Under the pieces are notes generated by a model that saw only the letters and a program-made list of their open reading frames with translations, ran no database searches and was not told where the DNA came from. This document shows, piece after piece, positions 14,101-26,642 of a stretch of 64,000 nt of DNA. The position numbers and the translations under genes were made by a program. Source of the stretch: Octopus sinensis (lineage: Eukaryota); the NCBI RefSeq assembly GCF_006345805.1, contig NC_043003.1:110360001-110424000 (forward strand), read 5' to 3'. Position 1 is the first letter of the stretch. Each line of letters begins with the position of its first letter.

Positions 14101-15627
14101 ATAAGGGTGAAAAATTGAATATCAATTTGATTAATATGAATTAAAAACCAGTGGTGTAGCATATATGACCATAGCGGATCTTCTTCTAGCAAAAAGAAGA
14201 ACCACTATTAATGGCTCATCCCTGTTATATAATACTTTCATTTTAATAGTTTCAGTATTAAAATGAAAGTGTGTGCATTACAATAGAGAGATGTTTTTGT
14301 TTCACTTTTAACACGTAATACTGAAATAGTGGAGAAGATAGGATATTGCTGTGGGGTCACCCTAGGGAAAAAGTTAACATTTCTTTTGCCGATGACACTC
14401 CCCGGACCTTAAGTAAGGCATTTGTAAAATTTGAATGAAATCGGTTGTGTAGTTCTCAGGTTTTAGGGAAACAGACATACAGACAGACATACACACATTC
14501 TCAGTTTGATATATATAAAGATTACCTTCGAAGGTTATTTTTACCATGCTGGCCACCTGATAAAATCGTAATTTCTTTTTATGTGTCTGAGTGCGCTATC
14601 TTCGACATCGGTATCATATTTAATTTTTTATATTATAATGATAAGTTATATATAATCTAAAAATCGTTCTGAAACATACGATTACATTTAAAGTTGTACT
14701 GACTTTTCCACCGTTGTATAGCAAAAAGGTTTCAATATGCAATTATATACTGTGCTTACTATGTTCTCCTCAAAATACACATTTCATTCCTTTTAATCTT
14801 TTACTTGTTTCATTCAATTGACTAAGGCTATGCTGGAGCACCACCTTGGTGTCCAAATTCGCTTCTTCGAAGAGGAACATTTATTCATTTGGTAGTCTCT
14901 ATCAGTGATTGCCAGTAATCACTACATTGGAACACCACTTTTGAAAGACTATAAATTATAGGTTTCGCACATATTTCCGCCCTTGTGACAATTGGATTTC
15001 CATGATCATATTTTGAAAAATAAAAGAAAGTTTTCTAGAATGCACTGCGTGTAATAGCGTTTCAACAGTGAAAATTCCCTTTTTTAGACAGTTAAATTTA
15101 CTATCTGTATATCATATTTTATTATAAAATTCTGGAATAGTATATTTTAATTACTCAAGCTAACAGGCCGACGATCCATTTCAAATGTATTTTGGGGCAG
15201 AAGATTGAACTTTCTTCAGCTAAACCACAATAACAATGCAGTTCATCGGAAGAGTATGTGTCCCTCTATAGTAATTTAAAGGATTACCGAAACAAAAACA
15301 TCAATGCAAGTTAAATTTGTAGATGATTCTTTCTGATGGTTACTGTAAATGTACTTTGTGCTTACATTGTTTTCAACTGAGAAAGAAACGGAATTCCAAA
15401 AACCAATTCACAAAAGGTTAACATTTGTTCTACGTGAACCTCACAAAAACACATACATACAGACATGCATGTATACACATATGCTTACATACATGAAAAA
15501 TACATACATACACACACGTACATACATACATATATACACACACGCATATATATATTTGTATGTATACTTATATATACATGTATTGGTGTGTAAATATAGG
15601 TATATACACACATACAACCAAATACAG

Positions 15628-15661
<34 letters not shown>

Positions 15662-15698
15662 ACACACATACACACACACACATATATATATATATATA

Positions 15699-15779
15699 AA
15701 GTAATCCCTCTCCATATCGCGGTTCACCTCTCGCGGTAGGTTTAGGAATGTGACACCCACGATAGTCGAGGGATTAGTG
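15699..15779. mobile_element. 81-bp Tigger/pogo-like MITE
   Basis: TA|AAGTAATCCCTCTCCATATCGCGG ... CCACGATAGTCGAGGGATTAGTG|TA has imperfect TIRs resembling CAGTAATCCCTCG and lies in a (TA)n tract. Confidence 0.7.
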
Positions 15780-15798
15780 TATATATATATATTATATA

Positions 15799-15842
<44 letters not shown>

Positions 15843-15856
15843 ATATATATATAAAC

Positions 15857-15939
15857 AATTTATAAGTAAGGGCAAAAGACAAAATTTCTAATGCCAAAAT
15901 GACATTAGAATCTTTTTCTTTTTCCCTTACTTATAAATT
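15857..15939. repeat. Short fold-back related to the tail of the 41-kb hammerhead repeat
   Basis: AATTTATAAGTAAGGG..CTAATG / CATTAG..CCCTTACTTATAAATT. The arms resemble 41051-41093 and 41650-41740. Confidence 0.65.
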
Positions 15940-15989
15940 ATGCTGGCCGTTGATATAATTTTTCGAAACATTTTATCCTATATTATATT

Positions 15990-16128
<139 letters not shown>

Positions 16129-16259
16129 ATATATATTTATAGAAGAATAAAAGTATACGTATATCCCTATATTTATACATAGGAAAAAATAAAAATTAAA
16201 AAATGTAAGACGCACGTAACAGGCGACAAAAAAACATCCGGACAGTTAGACGATACAAC

Positions 16260-16839
16260 GAACGACAGGGTTCGCACTTATATATACTGGAAGCTCTGCA
16301 AACACTATGGAATAACAACAGAAAACACATGCCAGAAAAGGTCACAGAAAATGAGAAAGTAATTATACTCTGGGATATACCAATACACACAGATGGAGAC
16401 ATTAAGGCTAGCAGGACGGATATAATTGTCAGAAATCATCAAGAAGAAGTGCTTTCTAATCGCTGTATCAATGCTAAGAGATGACAATATGTATCTAAAA
16501 GAAACAGTGAAACTTTCAAAATACAAATTTCTGCAAATATCGGTAACGCAAATATAGAGACTAAAAAGAGAAACAATTCCTACCATTGTAGGCGCATTAG
16601 GTATGGTAACATAACATCCTGTCACTTGCATTACAAAAACACCAGGATTTACAAGTATCTATCACCTACAAAAAATAGCACTACTACTCACCGTACACAT
16701 CCTACGTAAGACACTTTCAATACAGTAACCATAAGAGAAATCACAACAAACCACAGCACATACCCAAGGCACACTGAGCTGCGCTCGGTAGTGCAATGAA
16801 AGCACGATATAAAAATAAAACTACTAATTAATAATAATC
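16260..16839 (+). mobile_element. R4/Dong-like non-LTR retrotransposon 3' end (restriction-like endonuclease)
   Basis: DRVRTYIYWKLCKHYGI, PEKVTENEKVIILWDIPIHTDGDIKASRTDIIV and ETIPTIVGALG match the RLE domain region of R4/Dong elements. The fragment ends in a short TAA-rich tail. Confidence 0.85.
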
Positions 16840-16844
16840 TTTTA

Positions 16845-17055
16845 TACTAAAGGCACAAAGCCTGAAATTTGGTGAGAGGGGACTAATAGAGTAAATCGAC
16901 CCCAGCGTTTCACTGATATTTAATTTATCGACCCCGAAAGAATGAAAATTAAAGACGACCTTGGTGGAATTTGAACTCAGAACGTAAAGACAGGCGAAAT
17001 TTCTCTAAGCATTCTGTCCGGTTTTCTATCAATTCTGCCAGCTTGCTACTTTAAT
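16845..17055 (-). mobile_element. tRNA-derived SINE (family of 54908-55141)
   Basis: GGCACAAAGCCTGAAATTTGG..GACCCCGAAAGAATGAAA..GGAATTTGAACTCAGAACG..CTGCCAGCT is the reverse complement of the head at 54908. Confidence 0.8.
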
Positions 17056-17082
17056 AATATTAACAATAATAATAACAACAAC

Positions 17083-17141
<59 letters not shown>

Positions 17142-17176
17142 TAATAATAATAGTAATAGTAATAGTAATAGTGATA

Positions 17177-17205
<29 letters not shown>
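17056..17205. repeat. Compound trinucleotide microsatellite (AAT)n-(AGT/AAT)n-(GAT)n
   Basis: Directly visible; source of the poly-Ile, poly-His and poly-Tyr pseudo-ORFs. Confidence 0.95.
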
Positions 17206-17208
<3 letters not shown>

Positions 17209-17374
17209 AATACATTTGGCAGAAGGCCTGAAATTTGAGGGAGTGTGATAGTCGATTACATCGACCATAGTGCTCAACTGATACTTGCTTTATCGACCTC
17301 AAAAGGATGAAAGGCAAAGGCAAACTCGGCAAAGTATAATAAAACATCTACTAAATTATTGAGTACCTCTTTTG

Positions 17375-17757
17375 TATTCTTTTACTTATTTCAGTCATTT
17401 GACAACGGCCATGCTGGATCAGCGCCTTGAAGGGTTTCAGGCAAAAACAAAATTAAACCCAGGACTTATTTTTAAAGCCTTGTACTTATTCTATAGGTTC
17501 CTCTTGTCAAATCTTTAATCTAAGGGGACATAAACACAACATCAGTTGTCAAGCAGTGTTAGGTGGGGGACAAACACAGATACAGAGACACAAACACATA
17601 ATTATACACACACAATCACACAAACACACACACACATACACACATATATACGATGGGATTCTTGCAGTTTCCGTCTACCAAATTAACTACGACGCTTTTT
17701 TCAGCCCGAGTCTATAAGCAGAAGACTCTCCCCCAAGGTGCATGCAATGGGACTGTA
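17375..17757 (-). mobile_element. Diverged OK-type SINE
   Basis: Collinear with 29296-29710 (TTTCAGTCATTTGAC..GCCATGCTGGA..GGGGACATAAACAC..GTTTCCGTCTACCAAAT..CCCAAGGTGC). Confidence 0.8.
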
Positions 17758-19099
17758 ATTATTTTAACTTTATTTCTGTATTACTTAATCTTTCATACTT
17801 ATTTTTACTTTTCAAAACACCTTTCTCTTCCTATATATACAGGAGTCTACGCAGTTCTAGTTCAGCTCTTCCCTCTCAGTAATTTTTTAGTACGCTAAGA
17901 TATAAATTTTGGAACAGATTTGCTATGTTTTTTAATAGTTTTGCACTTGCTAGTTCCATTGTCATGTTTTACATTCTTAATATTAATACGCGTATTCAAT
18001 GCTTTTATTTTCGTAGTTTATATATTGTATGTCTTGCATTGTTTAAATTTATTTTTTGTTTCCTTTAAATTGTGCTATTTTTATATCTGATGTCTTCATG
18101 TATTTGAGGAATATAACCTCTTAAATTAGCAGCTCTATTGGGATCCATATTGAGTTTTAGAGCTCTGTTATTTTCCCCAGATACACCAGACATGAATTTA
18201 GTCGTAGTCTTAACTTTTAGATGAAATGTCACTGTCAGTTATTCATTTGTGTCAAAACATTTTCTTGACATATCCATTTATGATTTGTCTGTTTATTTCC
18301 GAGAGCTGGCGAGCCATTAGATAACAGCTTATTTCTTCCTCCTGAGATGCTGATTGTCCAAACTCCATTTTCTTATATAGTATTCAAATTACGTTTTCCT
18401 CATTTAAATGCAGTCGCCCGATAGTAATTTAATTTAGTGTTTATCATCATTTCTCTGTTGAACGGTATGTTATGGATGGGCAGATGAGGAGGCGTTCATT
18501 AAATTTTGCGAGGATTCCAAAGAAGGAAGAAAAAAGGAGGAAGAAAACACAACTCAGATTGTTAAAAGAAAAAAAAAGAAATTGCGTATACTGTTATCAT
18601 GTTATACGCAGACTGCTGAACGTGACATGCTTACAATTAAATGGATTTTGCTTCAATAAACCAAGGGTCAGATGGTGGGTCTATCAATGAATGATTAATT
18701 CCTTCGCGTAAACGACAGATTCATTTGAAGAAGTGAGTTGAGCCATGGTTCCATGCATTGTTACTTTGAAAGTGTGTCTCCATTTTTATTACTTAAAATA
18801 CATAAATTTAATAATTCTTGGGTTTAATTGAAAACAACGAGATTAAAACTCGAAAATTTAAATAATTTTAATTATTCAAAAATATTTATAATAAATATAT
18901 AATTAGGAAAACAATAATAGTATAATCAGAAGAAAAATTCTAACTTACAGAAAATCAACTAACAGTTTCAATGATGAGCAAAATCTACACAGACAAGGCA
19001 GAAATAAATAGACAACACATAACACATCGTTTTATGTTTATTCTAACTTCTAACGGTTCACATATTTTTTTATTATTTAAATTTTTTTTTTAAATTTCA

Positions 19100-20160
19100 G
19101 GTTCTATATGAGATTTGAATCAGGCCATATACAAAAGAAGCATTGGAACTGTCTGAATTTCAAAGAAATATTGTGGATCATTCTGATCATTCTGGAGCTT
19201 TCTTCAGTTAATAGAATGGGGAAGAAGTCAGAGAGGGGAAGAAGTCCATCACCTCGCCCAGATCGACCAGGGCACTCTGACAGGACTCTTCTCTTTATTA
19301 AAAGAAGTGTGGAGGATAATCCTCGTTGCAAGGCCTTTGACTTGGCAGTACAAGTTAATGTCAGTCCCACCACACTGTCAGGTATCTCCAAAAAATTGGT
19401 TACTATGGCAGAGCAGCAAGAAGGAAGTCACTTTTTGACCAGCCAACATCAAGCAGAGAAAAGGTAGGGCTAGTGAGATATTGGATAGGCCGCTAGTATT
19501 TTGGGACACTGTCATATTCTCTGATGAGTCCAGATTTGCTGTATTTCCTGACAGTGGTTGAGTGTGGGTCTGGAGACTGTGATCACAAATTTGATGTGAA
19601 AAGTTTGCAGCTAACAATGAAATACGGCAGCTATTCTGTGATGGCCTGGGGAGCAATTTGGAGCCATGGTTGACCAAAGCTGTTTGAGTGGGAGGGAAAC
19701 ATAAACTCAGATAAATATGTGTCAGTACACCTGAAAGGATTCCTTCCAATCTTCTCTAGTGGTTAAATGACTAAAGAAGACTCTTTATTCATGGAAAATA
19801 TAGATCTTGGTCACAAGGCTAAAACGACCCAAGATTCTTTGGATGAGAATGGTATTTAAAGAGCTTCCATATCCAAGCCTATCACGAGAGTTGAACACCT
19901 GTAACATAATGGGCAGGACACTTCCTAAAAAGAACAGGAAAGCATATTCAAAGCCAGATCATTTGAAAATTCTACATGAAACTTGGCAAGAAATTCATCT
20001 GATCAGTGGCATGCCTAATTGGATCCTTGCAAATGGCATGCCTGCTAAATATTAAATGTTCAGACGGTAACAATTAATATATAATTTGAATGCATAATTT
20101 CAGATTTAAATAAATTTTAGTGATTGTAAGGGTGTTTATTTACTTCTGTTACGTCCGGTA
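19100..20160 (+). mobile_element. Decayed Tc1-like transposase (DD34E class)
   Basis: Motifs ELSEFQR, GRSPSPRP, WDTVIFSDESRF, MKYGSYSVMAWGAIW, GNINSDKYV and ANGMPAKY* occur with frameshifts. A possible right TIR ends ..TTACTTCTGTTACGTCCGG|TA. The left TIR was not found. Confidence 0.85.
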
Positions 20161-23100
20161 TAGGTAAGGTGGAGAAACATCTCAAAAGTAATCTAAATAT
20201 GTGTGCTACAGAATGCGAGTTATAAGTGAGGAAAAGCTACCACATTTGAAATATATGAAAAGAAACTGAACCTAAGTGAAATTGATTAAATTTAGTGGAA
20301 AAGAAATTATAATTGGTCTTGGTTCATGATAGGTATTTCTTTTATCACGTTCAGGAGGATGGAACGGAAAATCAACCCCAGCAGTATTTGTACCGTGGAT
20401 ATATACGTTTGTAATCGAAGACAAAAATTTCCTCTATTGCAATCTAAATTGTTATTCTACTTCCTTCCCAAAATAGTAACGGTGGCTACATTCAAAACCT
20501 AAATCGCATACATTTTTACAAAGGACATCTTTGTTATATTACTATGCAATTTATAGTGACAACACTTTTGGCTTAACACCATTCAACATTTAAAGAATTT
20601 TGACGTGAACTAAAGTTTAATATACTCCACTGTTCTGATGATGTCTCACTTATCCAAGGGTTTCCATAGTTATATCTTTCCTATAAATTTCAGAACTTAG
20701 TTTCTCTAAGGCTGAAAAATTTTCTGTAATATGAAGTTCGAACTTTTTTCATATTCTCTCTATTTAAATATAGAATCACTCACAAATGCCTCAAGTATTT
20801 ACTTCTATTTTCCCAACTAAATTACAATGAATGCAGAATTCATTGTTTACAGCATTCTGTACATCAATATTAAAATTTTTTCAAATCGATGGCTTTGGCA
20901 CATTTGAACTATTTCCCTTCTCTGAAATCATTATAAAAAAGTCAAGTCCGTTCTACTGACCCTAATCTTCAAGTAATAGATTTATCTTTCGTGTTCTGGG
21001 AAATTGCAACAACAGAATCTCCTTTGGCGGTATATGAAGGGAGAACATAAACGTAAATAACGATTTTATCCGGCTTTCTACAAACACTACCCTAAAAATT
21101 CATCATCATCATCATCATCGTTGTTGTCGTAATCATTATCATCATCATCATCATTATTTGGTCTGCCTGCTGGCAGAATCGTAAGAGCATCAAGAAAAAC
21201 CTTTGTAATATTGTTTACATCTGTGTATGTTCGAAGTTCAGATTGAACCGTCTTCAACTCTGCCGTTCGTCGTTCTGGAATCATTAACGACAGTACAGAT
21301 GAAGCACCGGATTGGAATTGAATAACTATTTGCCAGCGAAATGTATTGTCTTGTGTTTATATCTGTAAGAACTAATATGATTAGATTTTTTAATCTGATA
21401 TTTTTCCGAAATTATTTATATAAGTTTATTTTTGGTATTTAAATTTAGTTTTAGTTAAAACAATTTGTCTTATTCGAATGAGGAATAATATGGATATGAA
21501 GGACAAGAAATTTATAATGAATCTATGAGATAAGTAAGATACCATAAAAGCTATCTCGATGGATTTCATATCAAAACTCATTTAATAACGAGCGATTAGC
21601 CTTCGTTAATTATACATGGTGTGTGAAATTTGTGCGCGGAATAATCTAATTAAAAGAGATATGGAAACATTTTTCAGGACAAATCTATTAGAATATTACC
21701 GATATTATGACAGCAAAAATTTGATTATCTATTAATTATGAAATAGTACGATTAGTAATTTAATAATACATACCGGAATAATTGCTACAAATAAATTGAT
21801 TTTCTGACGTCATAGTTTAAATTTAAGAAGAAATAAACCGCAGCTTACAACGCCCGAGCGTTATTTGCTTCTCGAGTAAAATTCTTCCTTTTCTATATGT
21901 GGGTGTCACACCTAAGTTTAGGTATATATGTACAGAGATGAAGTTATGGATGTATACATTTATATGTAAGTATGAATGAATATGTATACATGGAAATATA
22001 TATAATTGTGTGTGTGTATACGTGCGTGCGTGTTTATGTGTGAATGCACGTAAACGTGTATTCATAAATACATAAATATGTTCACTCACGTAAAGGCGTG
22101 TAGGAGAAAGAGACGGAGAGAGAGATCTGGAGTGATGTGATATAGAATATGTTGCTATTCTGATTCTAGACGGCAAAAAGTAGAAAATATGATAATTATT
22201 TTACAGACCAGTATACTCGGCTATAGGGTATATGGAGTATATTCACATAATACAATATACTAAACTTCTATCACTTTTAATCAACTATTTCACTATAAAA
22301 ATATATTAATAGTATATTTATACCCAATACATTTGGGAAAATAAATATTGGGATCAGCAGCATTAAATTCATATCCGTTAAAGCGAAGATATGGTGGTTC
22401 ATGAAACCTTCTAACACAGCGGTAATGTTTATAAATTGCTCTAACTGATAAAAATGCATCACATATGCCAAATTGTCAGGCCAGTTCATATAAACCCTTG
22501 GTACTACCGGCTACTGAATTAGTGCCTCGGAAAAGAGTTTAAAAGATATCTTTTATCTTTTCCACACACTCCATCGTTCTCACACATTATTTCTCTCAAC
22601 AAAAATGCTTCTACGTTCCATCATTTAAATACATCTTATGACGTCTATTTTGATGCTGTCGCTCCTTTCTCTACCAATAGATATTGTGACGGACATGTAG
22701 ACAGCGATCAACTTCTCTTCAACAACTTTTCCCCTTCCCTTCTAAATACAAGCTATGACATATTTTTATTTCTTCCTTCTTTCTCTCACTCTAGTTCATG
22801 TTGCGACGGACAGGCAGGCGGAGTTCAGCTCCTCTTTATGTTTTATAAAATAAATTAACTGGTCCGGATGCTCTTTCTTCCTCTTTCCAGGGGAATTCTG
22901 GTTTTGTACGTAAAACAACATTTAAACATCGGTCAATAATTGGAGTATTTCATACAGAATTATGATAATTCTCTATACGTATGTTACAGCACCAGAATGA
23001 CATCTTTTAGCGAACACATTCAAACGTTTTCATTTTGAGTATTTCTAAACAGCTATACAAGCTTCAGAACAAAAACGGGCAACGAAAGAAATATAGATGT

Positions 23101-23195
23101 TTAGATCATCATCTAAGATGTTCAAGAAATATGTACTCATTCATTCGTGCATGTGTCTCTCTGTCCTTCTGTCTCTGTCTGTCTGTCTGTATGTC

Positions 23196-23239
<44 letters not shown>

Positions 23240-23245
<6 letters not shown>

Positions 23246-23560
23246 CATGCGTGGCACTGTCGGATGCGACGACGAGGTTTCCAGTTGATCCAATCTACAG
23301 AACAACCTGCTCGTGAAATTAATGTGCAAGTGGTTGAGCATTCCACAGACACGGGGAATTTAACGTGACACAGAGTGTGACAAGGCTGGCCCTTTGAAAC
23401 ACAGGTGGAAGAGAAACAGGAAGAAAGAATGACAGAAAGTTGTACGGCAAGGTTCGCCACTAGCCCCTGCTGGAGGCTCGTGGAACTTTGGGTGTATTTG
23501 CAGAATGCACACTCAAAACGACCGATCTGGGAATCGAAACCGCGATCCAATGACGATGGG
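23240..23560 (-). mobile_element. Chimeric SINE (head like 31691-31998, tail like 4845-5164)
   Basis: 23247-23400 matches the tail of the 4.9-kb SINE (GCTCGTGAAATTAA.GTGCAA..GACAAGGCTGGCCCTTTGAAA). 23420-23560 matches the AGAAAGTTG..GTTCGCCA..GGGAATCGAAACCGCGATC head. Confidence 0.7.
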
Positions 23561-23630
23561 TCCACTGCATACATATATACATACATACATACATACATAC
23601 ATACATACATACACATACATATATATATAT

Positions 23631-23695
<65 letters not shown>

Positions 23696-23697
<2 letters not shown>

Positions 23698-24886
23698 CAC
23701 AAGCCAGCCCCATACTCAACTCGTCCTGTCGAAAGACCCTTGTCCTACGTCCTGGTTTTGTTTTGTTGTTTATTTTTTATTTTTACCGTTATTGTTTTTA
23801 CGTTTTTGTATTCTTATTGGTGTCACGTATTCTGTATTTTTGTTCGTGTACTTCGTTCGTTTTCCGTCCTCGTGTTGTATACATTCGAAGCTTTCTTCCA
23901 GGGGATCTAATGCGCTTGGCTTAGATTTCCCTTGGCGGGCTGGCCATATCGGAGCAATCTCAAGATTAATCAGCCGAAATTGCTAAGATGATCTGGTTCT
24001 TGACTGATGACTGAGGGCTTCGAATGTCCCGTCCTGTGGTTCTTGTGTCGTCCTCTGTGGTGTTTCATGTTCTTGTCCATGTCTGTAATTATTTTTACTG
24101 TTTACCTATATAATCGGCGGCTACGTATCCACAATTGTCCTTATACGATAAGTATATTTTTTCTCTAGCATTGATACGACTCTTAATCTGTCTCTTTCTC
24201 TCTCTCACTCTCCTCCCTTATTCCCCTTCCTTTCTTCCCTCTCCATCCGTCTTCCCCCCCTTCTACGTTTCTCTATCTCTCTCACGTCCAGCCCCCTCGA
24301 TCTGTCTCTTTCTTCTCCTCCCTCGTCCACCTTCTCTCTCTTTTCATCTGTCCCTTTCTCCTGTCTTTTGTTCTCACGTGACCGCTAGCCGCTGTTGAGC
24401 GCTCTTTTCGTTTCAGCAGTCGCAGAAGCAACACGTATTTGTTCGTCTCCCTGCGGCCATTAGGCACAACTTCACAAGCCAGCCCCATACTCAACTCGTC
24501 CTGTCGAAAGACCCTTGTCCTACGTCCTGGTTTTGTTTTGTTGTTTATTTTTTATTTTTACCGTTATTGTTTTTACGTTTTTGTATTCTTTTTGGTGTCA
24601 CGTATTCTGTATTTTTGTTCGTGTACTTCGTTCGTTTTCCGTCCTCGTGCTGTATACATTCGAAGCTTTCTTCCAGGGGATCTAATGCGCTTGGCTTAGA
24701 TTTCCCTTGGCGGGCTGGCCATATCGGAGCAATCTCAAGATTAATCAGCCGAAATTGCTAAGATGATCTGGTTCTTGACTGATGACTGAGGGCTTCGAAT
24801 GTCCCGTCCTGTGGTTCTTGTGTCGTCTCTGTGGTGTTTCATGTTCTTGTCCATGTCTGTAATTATTTTTACTGTTTACCTATATA
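23696..24886. mobile_element. Young non-coding A-B-A element (~417-bp direct terminal repeats, ~358-bp spacer) inserted in (TA)n
   Basis: 23696-24112 and 24471-24886 differ at about 3 positions by eye (2 substitutions, 1 indel). There are no TG..CA termini and no ORF of consequence, and (TA)n lies on both flanks. Confidence 0.9.
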
Positions 24887-24909
24887 TATATATATATATA
24901 TATATATAG

Positions 24910-24943
<34 letters not shown>

Positions 24944-24962
24944 ATATATGAAATATTGAATA

Positions 24963-25121
24963 TTGAATTTCTAAATGTCTCAGAGAGGAAACGTCGATGT
25001 TTCCTAGGGCTAATGGCGGTGAAGCAATTCCCTTACGGAACTCGCACGTTGCCTTGACAGTATACAACCACTATATCGCTCCACCACCGCTCATTTCTCT
25101 CTGAGACATTTAGAAATTCAA
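24963..25121. repeat. MITE-like unit with perfect 25-bp inverted repeat
   Basis: TTGAATTTCTAAATGTCTCAGAGAG (24963-24987) and its exact reverse complement (25097-25121). Confidence 0.8.
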
Positions 25122-25256
25122 GATTTCTAATTTTGATGATCAGTAAATGAATTTACTGAAAATAGGATATATTTGTAGAGAGGTTGCAGTCATCTTACGG
25201 GAATGTCACGTTGAGGTGACAGTACACAACCACTATATATATATATATCTATATAT

Positions 25257-25327
<71 letters not shown>

Positions 25328-25377
25328 GTATACATATATATACCTGTATATACATACATAGATATATATATACATAT

Positions 25378-25408
<31 letters not shown>

Positions 25409-25489
25409 TACATATATATATGTATATATATATATATATGTACATATATATACATGTATATATATGCATATATATACATATATGTATGC

Positions 25490-25534
<45 letters not shown>

Positions 25535-25877
25535 AAAAAGGAGATGTGGAACACGAGTTGTGATATAAAAAAAAAGAAATGAAGAAAATGCTGACAAAAT
25601 AATTTAAGTAAGGGTGAATGTATTTAATTAGGTGAAAGAGGTTACGTGAATGTGGTCATAATTCAGAGGTCACGTAGATGTTTAGAATGAAAGCTGGTGT
25701 GGGTGGTGTATGGAGTTTTCGAAAATAGCGTTGTTGATAATTCTTATTGTTCAGGCTGGTCAGTAGACGTGGATATTTTGAATAGCTTTTTAGCGCGTAG
25801 TTAAGGAGTGTATTTTCCGCTTGACTGAATTTGAGCTGGAAATGTAAGTTCGTTTAGGACAGGAAGAGTTATATGTA

Positions 25878-25908
<31 letters not shown>

Positions 25909-25973
25909 TTATATGTATGTTGGGGCACGCGCGCGTGCCCCAACATACATATAAACACACACACACACACACA

Positions 25974-26011
<38 letters not shown>

Positions 26012-26389
26012 TCCTCTCGTTTTTCTGAAACTTTACTGTTTACTTTTTGATGTGGGCTTCTTGTCTATCGTCACAAAGGAATTTAGTTACAAATGTTTAA
26101 GATATACTACATTGCTTTGAATTTAGCATAACTGGAGAGAAGCCATCAAATCGAATCAAAAGCAATTGTGTAAAACGCATTTATAATTTCTTAAAATTTA
26201 TGTGTTAGAGAGCTTTCTTTTAAGCAGGAGAAAATACCAACCATATTATAAAAACCTATTTTGAAATCAAGAAGCAATACGGAACAATATAGATATAATT
26301 AAGTCCATGTAACTCGCAGCTGCTCTGTAAAATGCCAATGCAATTTATTTCTCAGGCTTTAAAGTGATCCTGTAGGTGTGAATTTGCGA

Positions 26390-26642
<253 letters not shown>

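Larger units (their letters stand above)
10778..14521 (-). mobile_element. Helitron, internally deleted, with both termini
   Basis: The minus-strand 5' end is A|TCTTTATATATATCAAACTGAGAATGTGTGTATG (T at 14521). The 3' end has the GC hairpin CCGGGCAACGCCGGG (10790-10804), then TATCTCTG and CTAG|T (10778). Insertion falls between A and T with no TSD, and RepHel coding remnants lie inside. That both ends belong to one element is an inference. Confidence 0.8.
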
